DNA of 64,000 bases from Nitrososphaeraceae archaeon (GTDB lineage Archaea; Thermoproteota; Nitrososphaeria; Nitrososphaerales; Nitrososphaeraceae): positions 16,736-80,735 of the forward strand of contig JBIOZG010000028.1 in the NCBI GenBank assembly GCA_044870765.1, in the 5' to 3' direction. Below the pieces are notes generated by a model, which searched no databases, was not told the origin of the DNA, and worked only from the letters and a program-made list of their open reading frames with translations. Shown here piece by piece: positions 10,756-20,040 of the stretch (position 1 is the first letter of the stretch; the number at the start of each line of letters is the position of its first letter). The position numbers and the translations under genes were made by a program.

Positions 10756-11739
10756 TTAATTGCCGGAAACTTTTTTCTTTGTTATGACAAATTGGTCTTT
10801 TTTAGTCAAATTCATGTTCTCGTAAAATGTACCAGATAACCTTAAATCCTTTTTTGAACTTTTTATATCTACATTCAGAAAGCCATGGCTTGCGAATTGT
10901 GCTGCGACGTAAGGGACAGTTCCGGTAAAGTTGTGTAATCCAGCACCCCCTGTACCTAATGTGATAAATATGGGACCATTTGGTTGGTTATATTTAGTAT
11001 CATGATTATATGAAATTTCAGGATAATGTAACGGAAAGAATGAGGATTCATTATATATTAGTGGAAACGTTCTTTGATAATTGTGATTGTGTGCCTGTAG
11101 TACAACATCTACACTGTAATTATCAAACAACGGATGATATGTATCTGTTAAATCCGGCTCCCCTAAATGTTCTGTAGGAGAAGAATAAAAAGGTCTAAAT
11201 GAATATACAATTATCCATTCAATGTTTTTGTTATTGTGTGCGCTGCTTAGATCCTCCGCGACAAAGTTATATTGTTCAGATCCATGTTTGTATGGAATAA
11301 TTGAATTTCTTGCAGTAGCCATTGCCAAGAAGTGAACGTTTTGATAATCAAAGGAATAATAGGGTTTTGTTATATTGAAATGTTGAAGATAATCGTTGTA
11401 CTTTATCATCTTCTTCGTTAGATCATGAACTCCAATTGATATTTTGATCCTTCCAGGACTATCTAATGGAGTTATACTGCTAAGCCAACACGCAGCCGAT
11501 TTATCATAGGAAAGATCACCCAAGGCTATGACAATCTCGGGATCTTTCTCGGTCATTCCTTGAATTGTTCTATTAGATTCATTGCCACAACCAAAGTCAC
11601 CAGCAGCAACAAAATTGAAATCATGGATCTTTTCTGCTTTATCTTTAGTCTTTCCTGCGTTTTCTGCATAGGTTAAATTATAATAGCATCCAAGCATGAC
11701 AAAAGCAAAAATGATGCAAAAACAGACACCGGCTGCCAA
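10756..11739 (-). CDS. Secreted purple-acid-phosphatase-like metallophosphoesterase
   Basis: AGDFG, GDLSY, AHNHNYQR, GTGG; GVHD in place of GNHD. Confidence 0.85.
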   Translation of the reverse strand: MAAGVCFCIIFAFVMLGCYYNLTYAENAGKTKDKAEKIHDFNFVAAGDFGCGNESNRTIQGMTEKDPEIVIALGDLSYDKSAACWLSSITPLDSPGRIKISIGVHDLTKKMIKYNDYLQHFNITKPYYSFDYQNVHFLAMATARNSIIPYKHGSEQYNFVAEDLSSAHNNKNIEWIIVYSFRPFYSSPTEHLGEPDLTDTYHPLFDNYSVDVVLQAHNHNYQRTFPLIYNESSFFPLHYPEISYNHDTKYNQPNGPIFITLGTGGAGLHNFTGTVPYVAAQFASHGFLNVDIKSSKKDLRLSGTFYENMNLTKKDQFVITKKKVSGN

Positions 11740-11742
11740 AAT

Positions 11743-12795
11743 CTAATCAGTAAATGTTGGGGCATATACTAAAATTTTGTTATTCTTTCGATCCGATACA
11801 TACACATCTCCATCAGTGTCTACTGCTAAATGTTCCGGGTCTTCTAATTGGCCAGCTCCTGCTCCGCCAGAACCAAATTTGGCTAGAAAACTACCATTAC
11901 TATCGAACTTAAGTACACGTGGCTGCATACTGCAACCTGGATCTGATTGGGGGTCGGTTACGTATACATTATCATGTTTGTCTAATGCAAGGTGTTCAAG
12001 ATGACAAAACTGATTATTTGCCGATCCTTTAGTTCCCCAAGCCAACAATGGCCTCCAATTACTGTCAAATTTCTGAATACGTTCGTTTCCTCTTTCAGTC
12101 ACGAAAAAGTTACCTTTTGAATCTTGCTCAATAGTGGTGGGAAGATTAAACTCACCGGGTTTATTCCCTAATTCTCCAATGGCCCTTACAAATGTACCGT
12201 TTATGTCAAACTGTTGAATACGATTATTTTTGGAATCCGCCACATACACAAATTCTAAATTTCGATCTACTTCCACGTGTCTTGGGTTATCAAATTTACC
12301 TAATTCACTGCTTGGATGACTAGCCTCGTTGCCGAATTTTGAAATAAAGTTACCCCTACTATCAAATTGCTGTATTCGGTGGTTCCCCCTATCAGCAACC
12401 CAAACATGTCCTCTCGCATCAACATCTAGTCCATATGGTACCAAGAATTGTCCGTCACCTAGGCCTTTTGCTCCAAACGTAAAAAGATATGTACCGTTTT
12501 TATCAAATACTTGAATACGATTACCATCCCTGTCAACTGCATAAAGATATTTGTATTCATTGCTAAATTCTAGATCGTGAGGACGGAGAAATTCCCCCTT
12601 CCCAGTCCCCTTGGAACCCCATTCAGTAATAAATGTATAATTTTCTTGCTTTTTAGTTAGAGAGGAAGGTGTTTCCTGTGTTCCAGTAACAATATTAATA
12701 CGAAGAATGATTACAAAAACAAAAAGTAATGCAATTGCAACATGAAAGGGACAAATTTTCATTCTGAAGATATTCTGAAGTAATTTGATTGGCAA
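11743..12795 (-). CDS. NHL-repeat beta-propeller protein
   Basis: Six repeats of G-x-G-x-GEF-x-x-P...VYVAD-x-x-N-x-RIQ-x-F; N-terminal TM segment. Confidence 0.92.
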   Translation of the reverse strand: MPIKLLQNIFRMKICPFHVAIALLFVFVIILRINIVTGTQETPSSLTKKQENYTFITEWGSKGTGKGEFLRPHDLEFSNEYKYLYAVDRDGNRIQVFDKNGTYLFTFGAKGLGDGQFLVPYGLDVDARGHVWVADRGNHRIQQFDSRGNFISKFGNEASHPSSELGKFDNPRHVEVDRNLEFVYVADSKNNRIQQFDINGTFVRAIGELGNKPGEFNLPTTIEQDSKGNFFVTERGNERIQKFDSNWRPLLAWGTKGSANNQFCHLEHLALDKHDNVYVTDPQSDPGCSMQPRVLKFDSNGSFLAKFGSGGAGAGQLEDPEHLAVDTDGDVYVSDRKNNKILVYAPTFTD

Positions 12796-12900
12796 CTATA
12801 TAAGGTCTTTAGTATGAGTATCGAAGTATATCCAAATAATCCATATTCATGCGAAGTTATTGTAGCATTTATAAAGAACATCTTCTGCCTTTTGTAATAT

Positions 12901-13443
12901 ATGGCGAAGAATGTTTACTTGTACTCTGTGATTATTTCTGCAGCGTTGTTCTCGTTAATACTCCTTGGAACAACAGACACTTATGCGCAAAATGAAAAAT
13001 TCCGAGCAAAATTAGACGGAAATAACGAGGTTCCACCGGTGGATACACCAGCAGAAGGTGTTATAAATTTCAAGACAAAGGATGATATCATGACCTGGAA
13101 AATGAATGTAACTGGAATAACTGATGCCACCGCCCTTGGTATCTACCAGGGAATGGCAACTGAGAATGGGGAGCCAATAGTTGATTTAATGAAATCCAGC
13201 AAACATTCAGATAGCCTAACTGGAATGACAATGAGGGGCAATTTCACAGACTCTAATCTACAAGGTCCAATGGAAGGTAAGACATTAGCTGATCTTAAAA
13301 CCGAGATGGGGAGTGGAAATACATATGTTAACGTTGGCACAACAGACCATCCCGATGGAATGATTAGAGGACAAATCAAGATTAAAGGTACTAACGATAC
13401 AGCAACTGCGTCCCTGAATAATACTGGTACAAACACACAGTAG
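12901..13443 (+). CDS. Secreted CHRD-domain protein
   Basis: AKLDGNNEVPPV, TYVNV.T..HPDGMIRGQI. Confidence 0.9.
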   Translation: MAKNVYLYSVIISAALFSLILLGTTDTYAQNEKFRAKLDGNNEVPPVDTPAEGVINFKTKDDIMTWKMNVTGITDATALGIYQGMATENGEPIVDLMKSSKHSDSLTGMTMRGNFTDSNLQGPMEGKTLADLKTEMGSGNTYVNVGTTDHPDGMIRGQIKIKGTNDTATASLNNTGTNTQ

Positions 13444-13504
13444 AAGTCCGCCTAATTTTTTTATTTTTCTTTTTAATGACAATGTGTTAGTTCTAGGGAT
13501 CAGA

Positions 13505-13580
13505 ACAGTACAATTTTTAGATCCAGAACATTTGGCAATCAATAACTGTGGGGCTGTATATGTATCAGATGGGAGAAACT
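13505..13580 (+). pseudogene. NHL-repeat gene remnant
   Basis: QFLDPEHLAINNCGAVYVSDGRN matches the last blade QLEDPEHLAVDTDGDVYVSDRKN of ORF 11743..12795. Confidence 0.7.
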
Positions 13581-13592
13581 TTCTTAATTTAC

Positions 13593-13636
13593 CTGGTGGG
13601 AGTATTTTCCTCTCAACACTTCGTTATACCCATCAG
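13593..13636. repeat. Dispersed intergenic hairpin element, copy D
   Basis: CTGGTGGG 13593-13600 / CCCATCAG 13629-13636 (one G-T pair), followed by a T-run. Confidence 0.6.
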
Positions 13637-13664
13637 CTTTTTTTTATAATGTTTTTTGGCTTAT

Positions 13665-13778
13665 GTTAAGGACGTTTGCCAACTGGTGGGTTGTACTCAT
13701 TAATCCACTTGTACGTTAAGGACGTTTGCCAACTGGTGGGTTGTACTCATTAATCCACTTCAGTACTTCGCCACCAGT
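13665..13778. repeat. 46-bp exact direct duplication (period 50) containing the left arm of hairpin copy E
   Basis: GTTAAGGACGTTTGCCAACTGGTGGGTTGTACTCATTAATCCACTT at 13665-13710 and 13715-13760; right arm CCACCAGT 13771-13778. Confidence 0.9.
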
Positions 13779-14001
13779 GAAACCTATATGTTGTTTTTCG
13801 TTCTGGCCGTTCTGATAATGATAGATAGTCGTAGCAGACAATCTAGATGGGTTTGGCACATGTCTCGATTCTTCCTGAGTTCATCCCTTTAAGAATCAAA
13901 ATAATTACGTGGGAAAATTACCAATATTATGTTGGCCGGTGTATGTTATTCGACACCACCAAATATAAATAATATATGGATTTCTCTTTTTCGATGACAG
14001 A

Positions 14002-16866
14002 TTGGAACGATTTATTGCAATAATTGAGACATTGTTGATACCGGTATTGCTATTTGGTCCAGGAGGAATTACCGGTCTGTCGTCTAATAAAGTTGAGGGT
14101 ACATTAAACTCTGGTGAAAATCAATGTGTAGAGTATGATTCTTTGCAAAAATTGATCCAAGTTAGATGTGAATCTATACATCTAACGGATATCTACAATA
14201 GTTTAAGAAATCCGACCGTACTTGGGATAGAGAGAGGGAGTGATGCGAACCAACCAAAGGTTTGGATTTTAAACGCCGGAATTGTAGTGGACATAGAAGG
14301 CAGTCTTATTATTGATTCAAGTGATACATCCTGGCTAAAAATAATTCCCACACCTACAGTACAATTAAAGCAAAAGTCCGCAAATGCCACCGAAGATACG
14401 AATTATTCTGATGATACCCTTACTGTAATTCAGAACAACAGCAGGGCAAATTCCAGCAACACTAATAACATAACTAAAATTGAAAACGGTACTTTAATTG
14501 TTAGCAAACATAACGGAGATAATCCGAACGGTATACATGTTCACGGTTCTCTAAAAATTGACTCAGTAAAGATAACTTCTTGGGATCCAGAAAAAAATGA
14601 TGTTATTAGTTTTGATTATGGAAAAAGAGCCGGTGAAGAACACACAAAGTCGGATTATGATACAGCAGAACCCAGAGCATTCATAAGAGTATCAAAGGAT
14701 GCAGCGGGGACAACTAATATTACTAATTCAGAGATTGCTTACCTCGGGTATTCATGTAGTAGATGTGCAGGACTTTCTTATTATGGTGGTGAAGGGTCTA
14801 TAATAAGGAATAATGATATACACCATCTCCTAAAAGGATTTTATTCCAAAAATGCTGCGTACATTACTATTGATAACAATACTTTTCATGATAACTATCT
14901 ATATGGTATAGATCCTCATACTGGTTCTCATGATTTTTCCATAAGCAATAATTTTGTTTATGATAACAACGCATCGGGTATAATCTGTTCTAAAGATTGC
15001 TATAATCTGATAATAGATGGAAATGAAGTATATAATAATTCAGGGGCTGCCAGAGGCATTGCCTTTAGTATCAATACCACGAATTCAGTAGCGAAGAATA
15101 ATTATGTTCATGATCAACCAAGATGTATTTCATTCAATAGAGGATCAAACCACAATACCATATTCAATAATACTGTTTCTAATTGCAAGACCGGTGTTTT
15201 TCTTTCGACTACGGGCAATAATTCAATTTACGATAATAAAATTTCCAACACCAAGAACGGGATACGCCTATACAATCCGAGTAACAAGATTTACGATAAC
15301 GAAATTTCTCAGTCAACTAATGGCATAGATTTTGATCCAATGAAGTATACCAACAAGACAAGTGATGCTGCATCACTTACTAATCCTAATTCTACTTTTA
15401 CTAATCATGAACGTTATCTTAGAAAGATTGTGGAAGATAATGAACTTATTGATATTGAAAATCTCTACCAATTGAAGAAGCAGAAGCAGGCTGGCACGAG
15501 TTCATGTATCAAATATATGCCAGAAACCAAATTAATACAAGTTTTTTGTAATTCTGCTCATATTTCTGATATTGCTCGAGAACTTAATGACACAAGTATA
15601 CTAGGTAGAGAAACATCCGGTTTTATTAAAAAAGACTCTACTAATCATGGCGTAGACGATAACATGGACGCTAACAAAATATGGGTACTTAATGCAGGAA
15701 TTGAAATTAAGAAGGGAGCAACACTCCTTATAGATTCATCCGATACTAGTTGGTTAAAAATAGTACCAATACCAGAACACCAATTAGAATCGAAATCAAC
15801 ATCGGATTCTACAGCAAGTGGTACGTCAATTAATGCAAGTAATATTGATTCTGATGAGGAACAAGATGAGATTTCGACTAATAACGCTGTACTTAATAAA
15901 ACGAATAGTATCGGTGCAATTACAGTAAGCAAAAGCAATCAGAATAACCCAAATGGAATTCATGTAATTGGATCTTTAAGGATCGATTCTGTAAAGATAA
16001 CTTCTTGGGATCCTGAAAAGAATGATGTGATCAAGTTCAAATTAGGTAAAAGGGCAGGAGAAGAGGATACAACAACACTATATGATACCGCAGAAGCAAG
16101 ACCTTTTATAAGAGTCTCCAACAAAGGAGATGGAACAACTAATATAACGAATTCTGAATTAGCATATCTTGGTTATGCCTGTAACAGTTGTTCGGGATTA
16201 AGTTATTATGGTGAGGAAGGTTCTGTCATAAAAGATAATGATATTCACCATCTCCTAAAAGGTTATTATTCCAATGGGGTGGGGTATATGGTAATTGAAG
16301 GCAATAAATTCCATGACAATTATTTGTATGGGATTGGTCCACATACAAATAGCCATGACCTCCTCATTAAAGGGAATGTAGTATATAATAATAATGCCTC
16401 TGGCATTATATGTTCTAGACACTGTTATAACCTCTTAGTAGAAGGAAACGAAGTTTATAGTAATTCAGGTTCAGGACGCGGCATAGCATTTAGCATTAAT
16501 ACTACAAATTCTACTGCAAGAAATAATCACGTCTACGATAATGTTCGATGTGTTTCATTTAATAATGAATCTAACTTTAATAAAGTCTACAACAATACTA
16601 TTTCAAATTGCAAGACAGGTGTATATCTTTCAGACACTTCTAACAATCAGATATATGACAATAATATCATTAATACCACTAATGGTATCATTACCAAGAA
16701 TCTTTCCAACCAAATCCACGATAACGAGATATCTAATTCAAAGAATGGTATAGTTCATGAATCTCCTGCCAATGCATCTAATAATGAGATCACCCATGAT
16801 GGAACTACCAACAAAAATTCTCTTAATTATATTGTTAAAAATAATAATATAATTGGATACAAGTAA
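14002..16866 (+). CDS. Secreted right-handed parallel beta-helix protein with two tandem AlgG/NosD-like modules
   Basis: Two near-identical modules (GSLKIDSVKITSWDPEKND...NITNSEIAYLGY...YGIDPH/YGIGPH); Asn ladders. Confidence 0.85.
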   Translation: MERFIAIIETLLIPVLLFGPGGITGLSSNKVEGTLNSGENQCVEYDSLQKLIQVRCESIHLTDIYNSLRNPTVLGIERGSDANQPKVWILNAGIVVDIEGSLIIDSSDTSWLKIIPTPTVQLKQKSANATEDTNYSDDTLTVIQNNSRANSSNTNNITKIENGTLIVSKHNGDNPNGIHVHGSLKIDSVKITSWDPEKNDVISFDYGKRAGEEHTKSDYDTAEPRAFIRVSKDAAGTTNITNSEIAYLGYSCSRCAGLSYYGGEGSIIRNNDIHHLLKGFYSKNAAYITIDNNTFHDNYLYGIDPHTGSHDFSISNNFVYDNNASGIICSKDCYNLIIDGNEVYNNSGAARGIAFSINTTNSVAKNNYVHDQPRCISFNRGSNHNTIFNNTVSNCKTGVFLSTTGNNSIYDNKISNTKNGIRLYNPSNKIYDNEISQSTNGIDFDPMKYTNKTSDAASLTNPNSTFTNHERYLRKIVEDNELIDIENLYQLKKQKQAGTSSCIKYMPETKLIQVFCNSAHISDIARELNDTSILGRETSGFIKKDSTNHGVDDNMDANKIWVLNAGIEIKKGATLLIDSSDTSWLKIVPIPEHQLESKSTSDSTASGTSINASNIDSDEEQDEISTNNAVLNKTNSIGAITVSKSNQNNPNGIHVIGSLRIDSVKITSWDPEKNDVIKFKLGKRAGEEDTTTLYDTAEARPFIRVSNKGDGTTNITNSELAYLGYACNSCSGLSYYGEEGSVIKDNDIHHLLKGYYSNGVGYMVIEGNKFHDNYLYGIGPHTNSHDLLIKGNVVYNNNASGIICSRHCYNLLVEGNEVYSNSGSGRGIAFSINTTNSTARNNHVYDNVRCVSFNNESNFNKVYNNTISNCKTGVYLSDTSNNQIYDNNIINTTNGIITKNLSNQIHDNEISNSKNGIVHESPANASNNEITHDGTTNKNSLNYIVKNNNIIGYK

Positions 16867-17046
16867 TCCCATGGTTACAGAAAATAAAAATAAAAACAGC
16901 TAGCGATTCGGTTATATGTTTTCACTGTTATGGTTGGAACAAGCAATCGCATCAAACAAATTGTATGATCTGTCCAACAAAGGCCGTGACCTTAGTTATG
17001 CAGATATGTTCAGGATTAGACGATAGAGTCATACTTCTGATATGCA

Positions 17047-17221
17047 TTGGACAGGAAGAATAGAAAGATCTTTTGATGAAATGTTTTCTTATTCGCGATT
17101 GCATAACACTGCTGGAGTAATGGCTTGCAAGCCTGTCTTATGCATCCGAATTCTTATGTCTATCTTGTTTGAACATTACAAGCAATTGAAAAAAATGAAA
17201 AAAATAGGTTTCTTGAGTTAG
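17047..17221 (+). pseudogene. C-terminal half of a small MGRTIPS-family protein, frameshifted
   Basis: LDRKNRKIF[+1]DEMFSYSRLHNTAGVMACKPV...ILMSILFEHYKQL. Confidence 0.65.
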
Positions 17222-17232
17222 ATGAAACTTAA

Positions 17233-17835
17233 CTACTCATCCTCAACGTCAGCAGTGGCATCCTCAACGTCAGCAGTGGCATTTTCATTCATAGATCCTG
17301 TTTCTGTCGCGTTACCACCGCTTACTTTAATTTGTCCTCTTATCTCTCCGTCGGGATTATCGCTAGTCTGTATATTGACGTATGTCTCCTCATTACCCAT
17401 TGCTGTTTGGAAGTCTTGGAGTGTCTTTCCAGACATAGGACCTTGAAGATCCGAAGCAGTAATTTCCCCCTTAACAATGATTCTCTCGCCTGCATTGTTC
17501 TGCTTGCCAGCCTTTAATAGATCCACTACAGGTTCTCCATTTTGTCCCTTAGCCCCGGCATAAATCTGGGCAGCAGTTATGTCTTTTAATCCTGTTACGT
17601 TAACGTTAATTGTAATGACGCCATCCTTGACTTTGAATTTGGCTTTGCCTGTTGCAGATGAATTTACTGGAGGAACCTCACTTTCTCCTTTTAGTTTTGC
17701 TTTGAATTTCTCATTCTGCGCAAAGGTAAAATTAGAGTTTACCGCGGCTACAAACATCAGTGAAAATAACGTTGCACTTACTAAGATTAGGCTCAAATTT
17801 TTCTGATTTAACATAGAAAATATTGCCGGTAGCAC
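17233..17835 (-). CDS. Secreted CHRD-domain protein
   Basis: AKLKGESEVPPV, TYVNIQT..NPDGEIRGQI; paralog of 12901..13443. Confidence 0.9.
   Translation of the reverse strand: MLPAIFSMLNQKNLSLILVSATLFSLMFVAAVNSNFTFAQNEKFKAKLKGESEVPPVNSSATGKAKFKVKDGVITINVNVTGLKDITAAQIYAGAKGQNGEPVVDLLKAGKQNNAGERIIVKGEITASDLQGPMSGKTLQDFQTAMGNEETYVNIQTSDNPDGEIRGQIKVSGGNATETGSMNENATADVEDATADVEDE
17238..17279. repeat. 21-bp in-frame tandem duplication in the CHRD C-terminus
   Basis: CATCCTCAACGTCAGCAGTGG x2, encoding ATADVED twice. Confidence 0.9.
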
Positions 17836-18006
17836 TACTTATAAAGTTTAATATTTTAACATTAATACCTACGTCTTCGTGTTATACTGTCACTTATCCT
17901 TCTTTTATCTGTGCTTACTGTATTCTCCTGTTCCGTCATGGGCCTCATTTCGTCCTCATCAATATCCACAATGCCAACCACACATTATTTTCAAAAAACT
18001 TAGGTG

Positions 18007-18093
18007 CTAAAGCGTCAATTTTTGCCCAAATAAATTCCATTTACTTCTTTCAATTTCTGTGGCAATTCTATACGAAGGAATTGTTCGACCCAT
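18007..18093 (-). pseudogene. N-terminal half of the small MGRTIPS-family protein
   Basis: MGRTIPSYRIATEIERSKWNLFGQKL followed by TL* at 18007. Confidence 0.65.
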
Positions 18094-18184
18094 AATTCAT
18101 TATGAGCAACTATTGAATTTAAAACCTAAAACACCGATAAGTGGTAGATGGCAGTATATGATTCCGGTAATTAGGAGGCAGGTA

Positions 18185-18306
18185 TTTTTCCAGTTCGTAT
18201 CTATGTAATTGATTACTTACTTCTTGGACTAAATTGTCAAGACTAATTGGTTTCTGAGCAAATCCGTTTATGATTTCTTTTTACTATACTCTTGAAATAG
18301 TTTATC
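18185..18306 (-). pseudogene. Response-regulator receiver C-terminal remnant
   Basis: DKLFQEYSK[fs]EIINGFAQKPISLDNLVQEVSNQL with the receiver KP motif; no N-terminal half seen. Confidence 0.5.
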
Positions 18307-18565
18307 CTTTTGAAGATTGCGATCCTTCGGCCCACAATTTAAAGAAGTTATTTGAAATTCCTTGTGCTGTTACTAATACAAGAGACAAACTTAAGACTAA
18401 AAAACATGCAGTCCAAGTTGTATTCAATTTCATTAAATCCACTGATTGAGATATGCCAGTATAATATAAATAGAACTGACTCTCGCTTCCAATACCACTA
18501 ACAATTTATCCCAACTTTCATAATCATGTTTAATAAGTATTGAATTCAAAAATGATTGGAAAACT

Positions 18566-19144
18566 GTGGTAATATCAAGTAAAGGAAGTTCTGATTTGTT
18601 TTACCAAATTGGATTCGTAATCATTGTATGCAGTCTATTTTTTCTATCTAGACCAGCTTTAGTTTCCCGAGCAGTTGATATTAATGGCGCCTCAGGCCCG
18701 GACAATATAAGGGGAACAATAACCGATGATGATATTCGCGGCCGCAACGGACAAGATACTATTGACGGATTGGATGGGAACGATGAAATTGAAGGTCAGC
18801 AAGGCGACGATCTTTTGAATGGTTCTGCGGGTAATGACTATTTAACGGGTGGTGACGACTTTGATACTTTAGATGGAGGACAGGGAAATGATGAATTGCA
18901 TGGGGATGATGGACGGGATAAAATTTTTGGAGGAACAGAAAATGATGTATTGTATGGTGGATTGGCCAACGACATTTTAGATGGAGGACAAGGTGACGAT
19001 CGCCTGTATGGCGGACCTGGTAATGATACACTCAGAGGCGGACCTGGAGCAGATTACTTTAGATGTGGGCCGGGAACCGACAGAATTGGAACCTTCAGTC
19101 CGCTTGACGGCGATCGTGACTTTGGTGACTGTGAAATAAAATAA
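18566..19144 (+). CDS. RTX/hemolysin-type calcium-binding repeat protein
   Basis: Many GGxGxDxL nonapeptides; N-terminal signal/TM; terminal CE motif. Confidence 0.9.
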   Translation: MVISSKGSSDLFYQIGFVIIVCSLFFLSRPALVSRAVDINGASGPDNIRGTITDDDIRGRNGQDTIDGLDGNDEIEGQQGDDLLNGSAGNDYLTGGDDFDTLDGGQGNDELHGDDGRDKIFGGTENDVLYGGLANDILDGGQGDDRLYGGPGNDTLRGGPGADYFRCGPGTDRIGTFSPLDGDRDFGDCEIK

Positions 19145-19333
19145 TACAAATTTCCACCACTACTTGACAACACCTATACAAAGGAAATTGGACTTTCGGA
19201 ACATCCTCATACCATGGAAAATGGAAAAAATAGGTTTTTAGGTTATATGAGACGTTTGACGGTTTTAACAATCTAGCCATGTTACTGAACTAGATAAAAA
19301 ATTAAATTGGATAATATTTGAAGGAGACTAATA

Positions 19334-19927
19334 ATGAATATAATTTTAATTTTCATTTCTGTGATTTGTATCTTGTGCATGTTGTTTGGCACGATCTATT
19401 CTAACGCAACAGTAAATGCAGTACCAGTAGACAGGTACTGGAGCATTCTTGAATCGCATGAACAAACGCCATCTACAAATGATCCTCATGGGTTTGTTGG
19501 CGTGAAATTCAGAGAGGACTTTAAGCAACTCGTGTACAACATTAATGTGAATAATATTCACAACATAACCGGCATATATCTATACAATAGTGGTGACATC
19601 GCCAAAAATAAAAATCCAACTATGCTTTTGGATTTATTACAAGAATCAAAGGAAGTCAAAGTTAAAGACAGGTTTAAAGAGGCAAATATTCTGCTATCAA
19701 AAAAACATGAAGTTGAAGGTACAGTTGCTGTGGGCGGTGTAACTTCTGACGATCTCCAAGGAGAATTGAAAGGTAAATCTTTAAAGACCCTTCACAAATT
19801 GGTCCAGAATGAAGATGTTTATGTTGTCGTCGCCACAAAGGAGTTTCCGCAAGGTGAAATCTTCGGACGCGAATTTGTGCCCATTGATAGGTTCTTTCCT
19901 GATACTTCGGATTTCAAGTGGAATTAA
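19334..19927 (+). CDS. Secreted divergent CHRD-domain protein
   Basis: DLQGELKGKSL, VYVVVATKEFPQGEIFG. Confidence 0.8.
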   Translation: MNIILIFISVICILCMLFGTIYSNATVNAVPVDRYWSILESHEQTPSTNDPHGFVGVKFREDFKQLVYNINVNNIHNITGIYLYNSGDIAKNKNPTMLLDLLQESKEVKVKDRFKEANILLSKKHEVEGTVAVGGVTSDDLQGELKGKSLKTLHKLVQNEDVYVVVATKEFPQGEIFGREFVPIDRFFPDTSDFKWN

Positions 19928-20040
19928 TTAAAACTGGTGCGAAATTGAATGTCCATTAACGTTTGTAGGTTATTCTTGTATTAAATTTTTTTAGAATCGT
20001 TAGCAGATTTCTATAACTTTCTTCGCAACTACTTATGTAA

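Noticed and set aside
13665-13760. Possible CRISPR array
   Set aside because: Only two 46-bp units separated by 4 bp; no spacers and no cas genes
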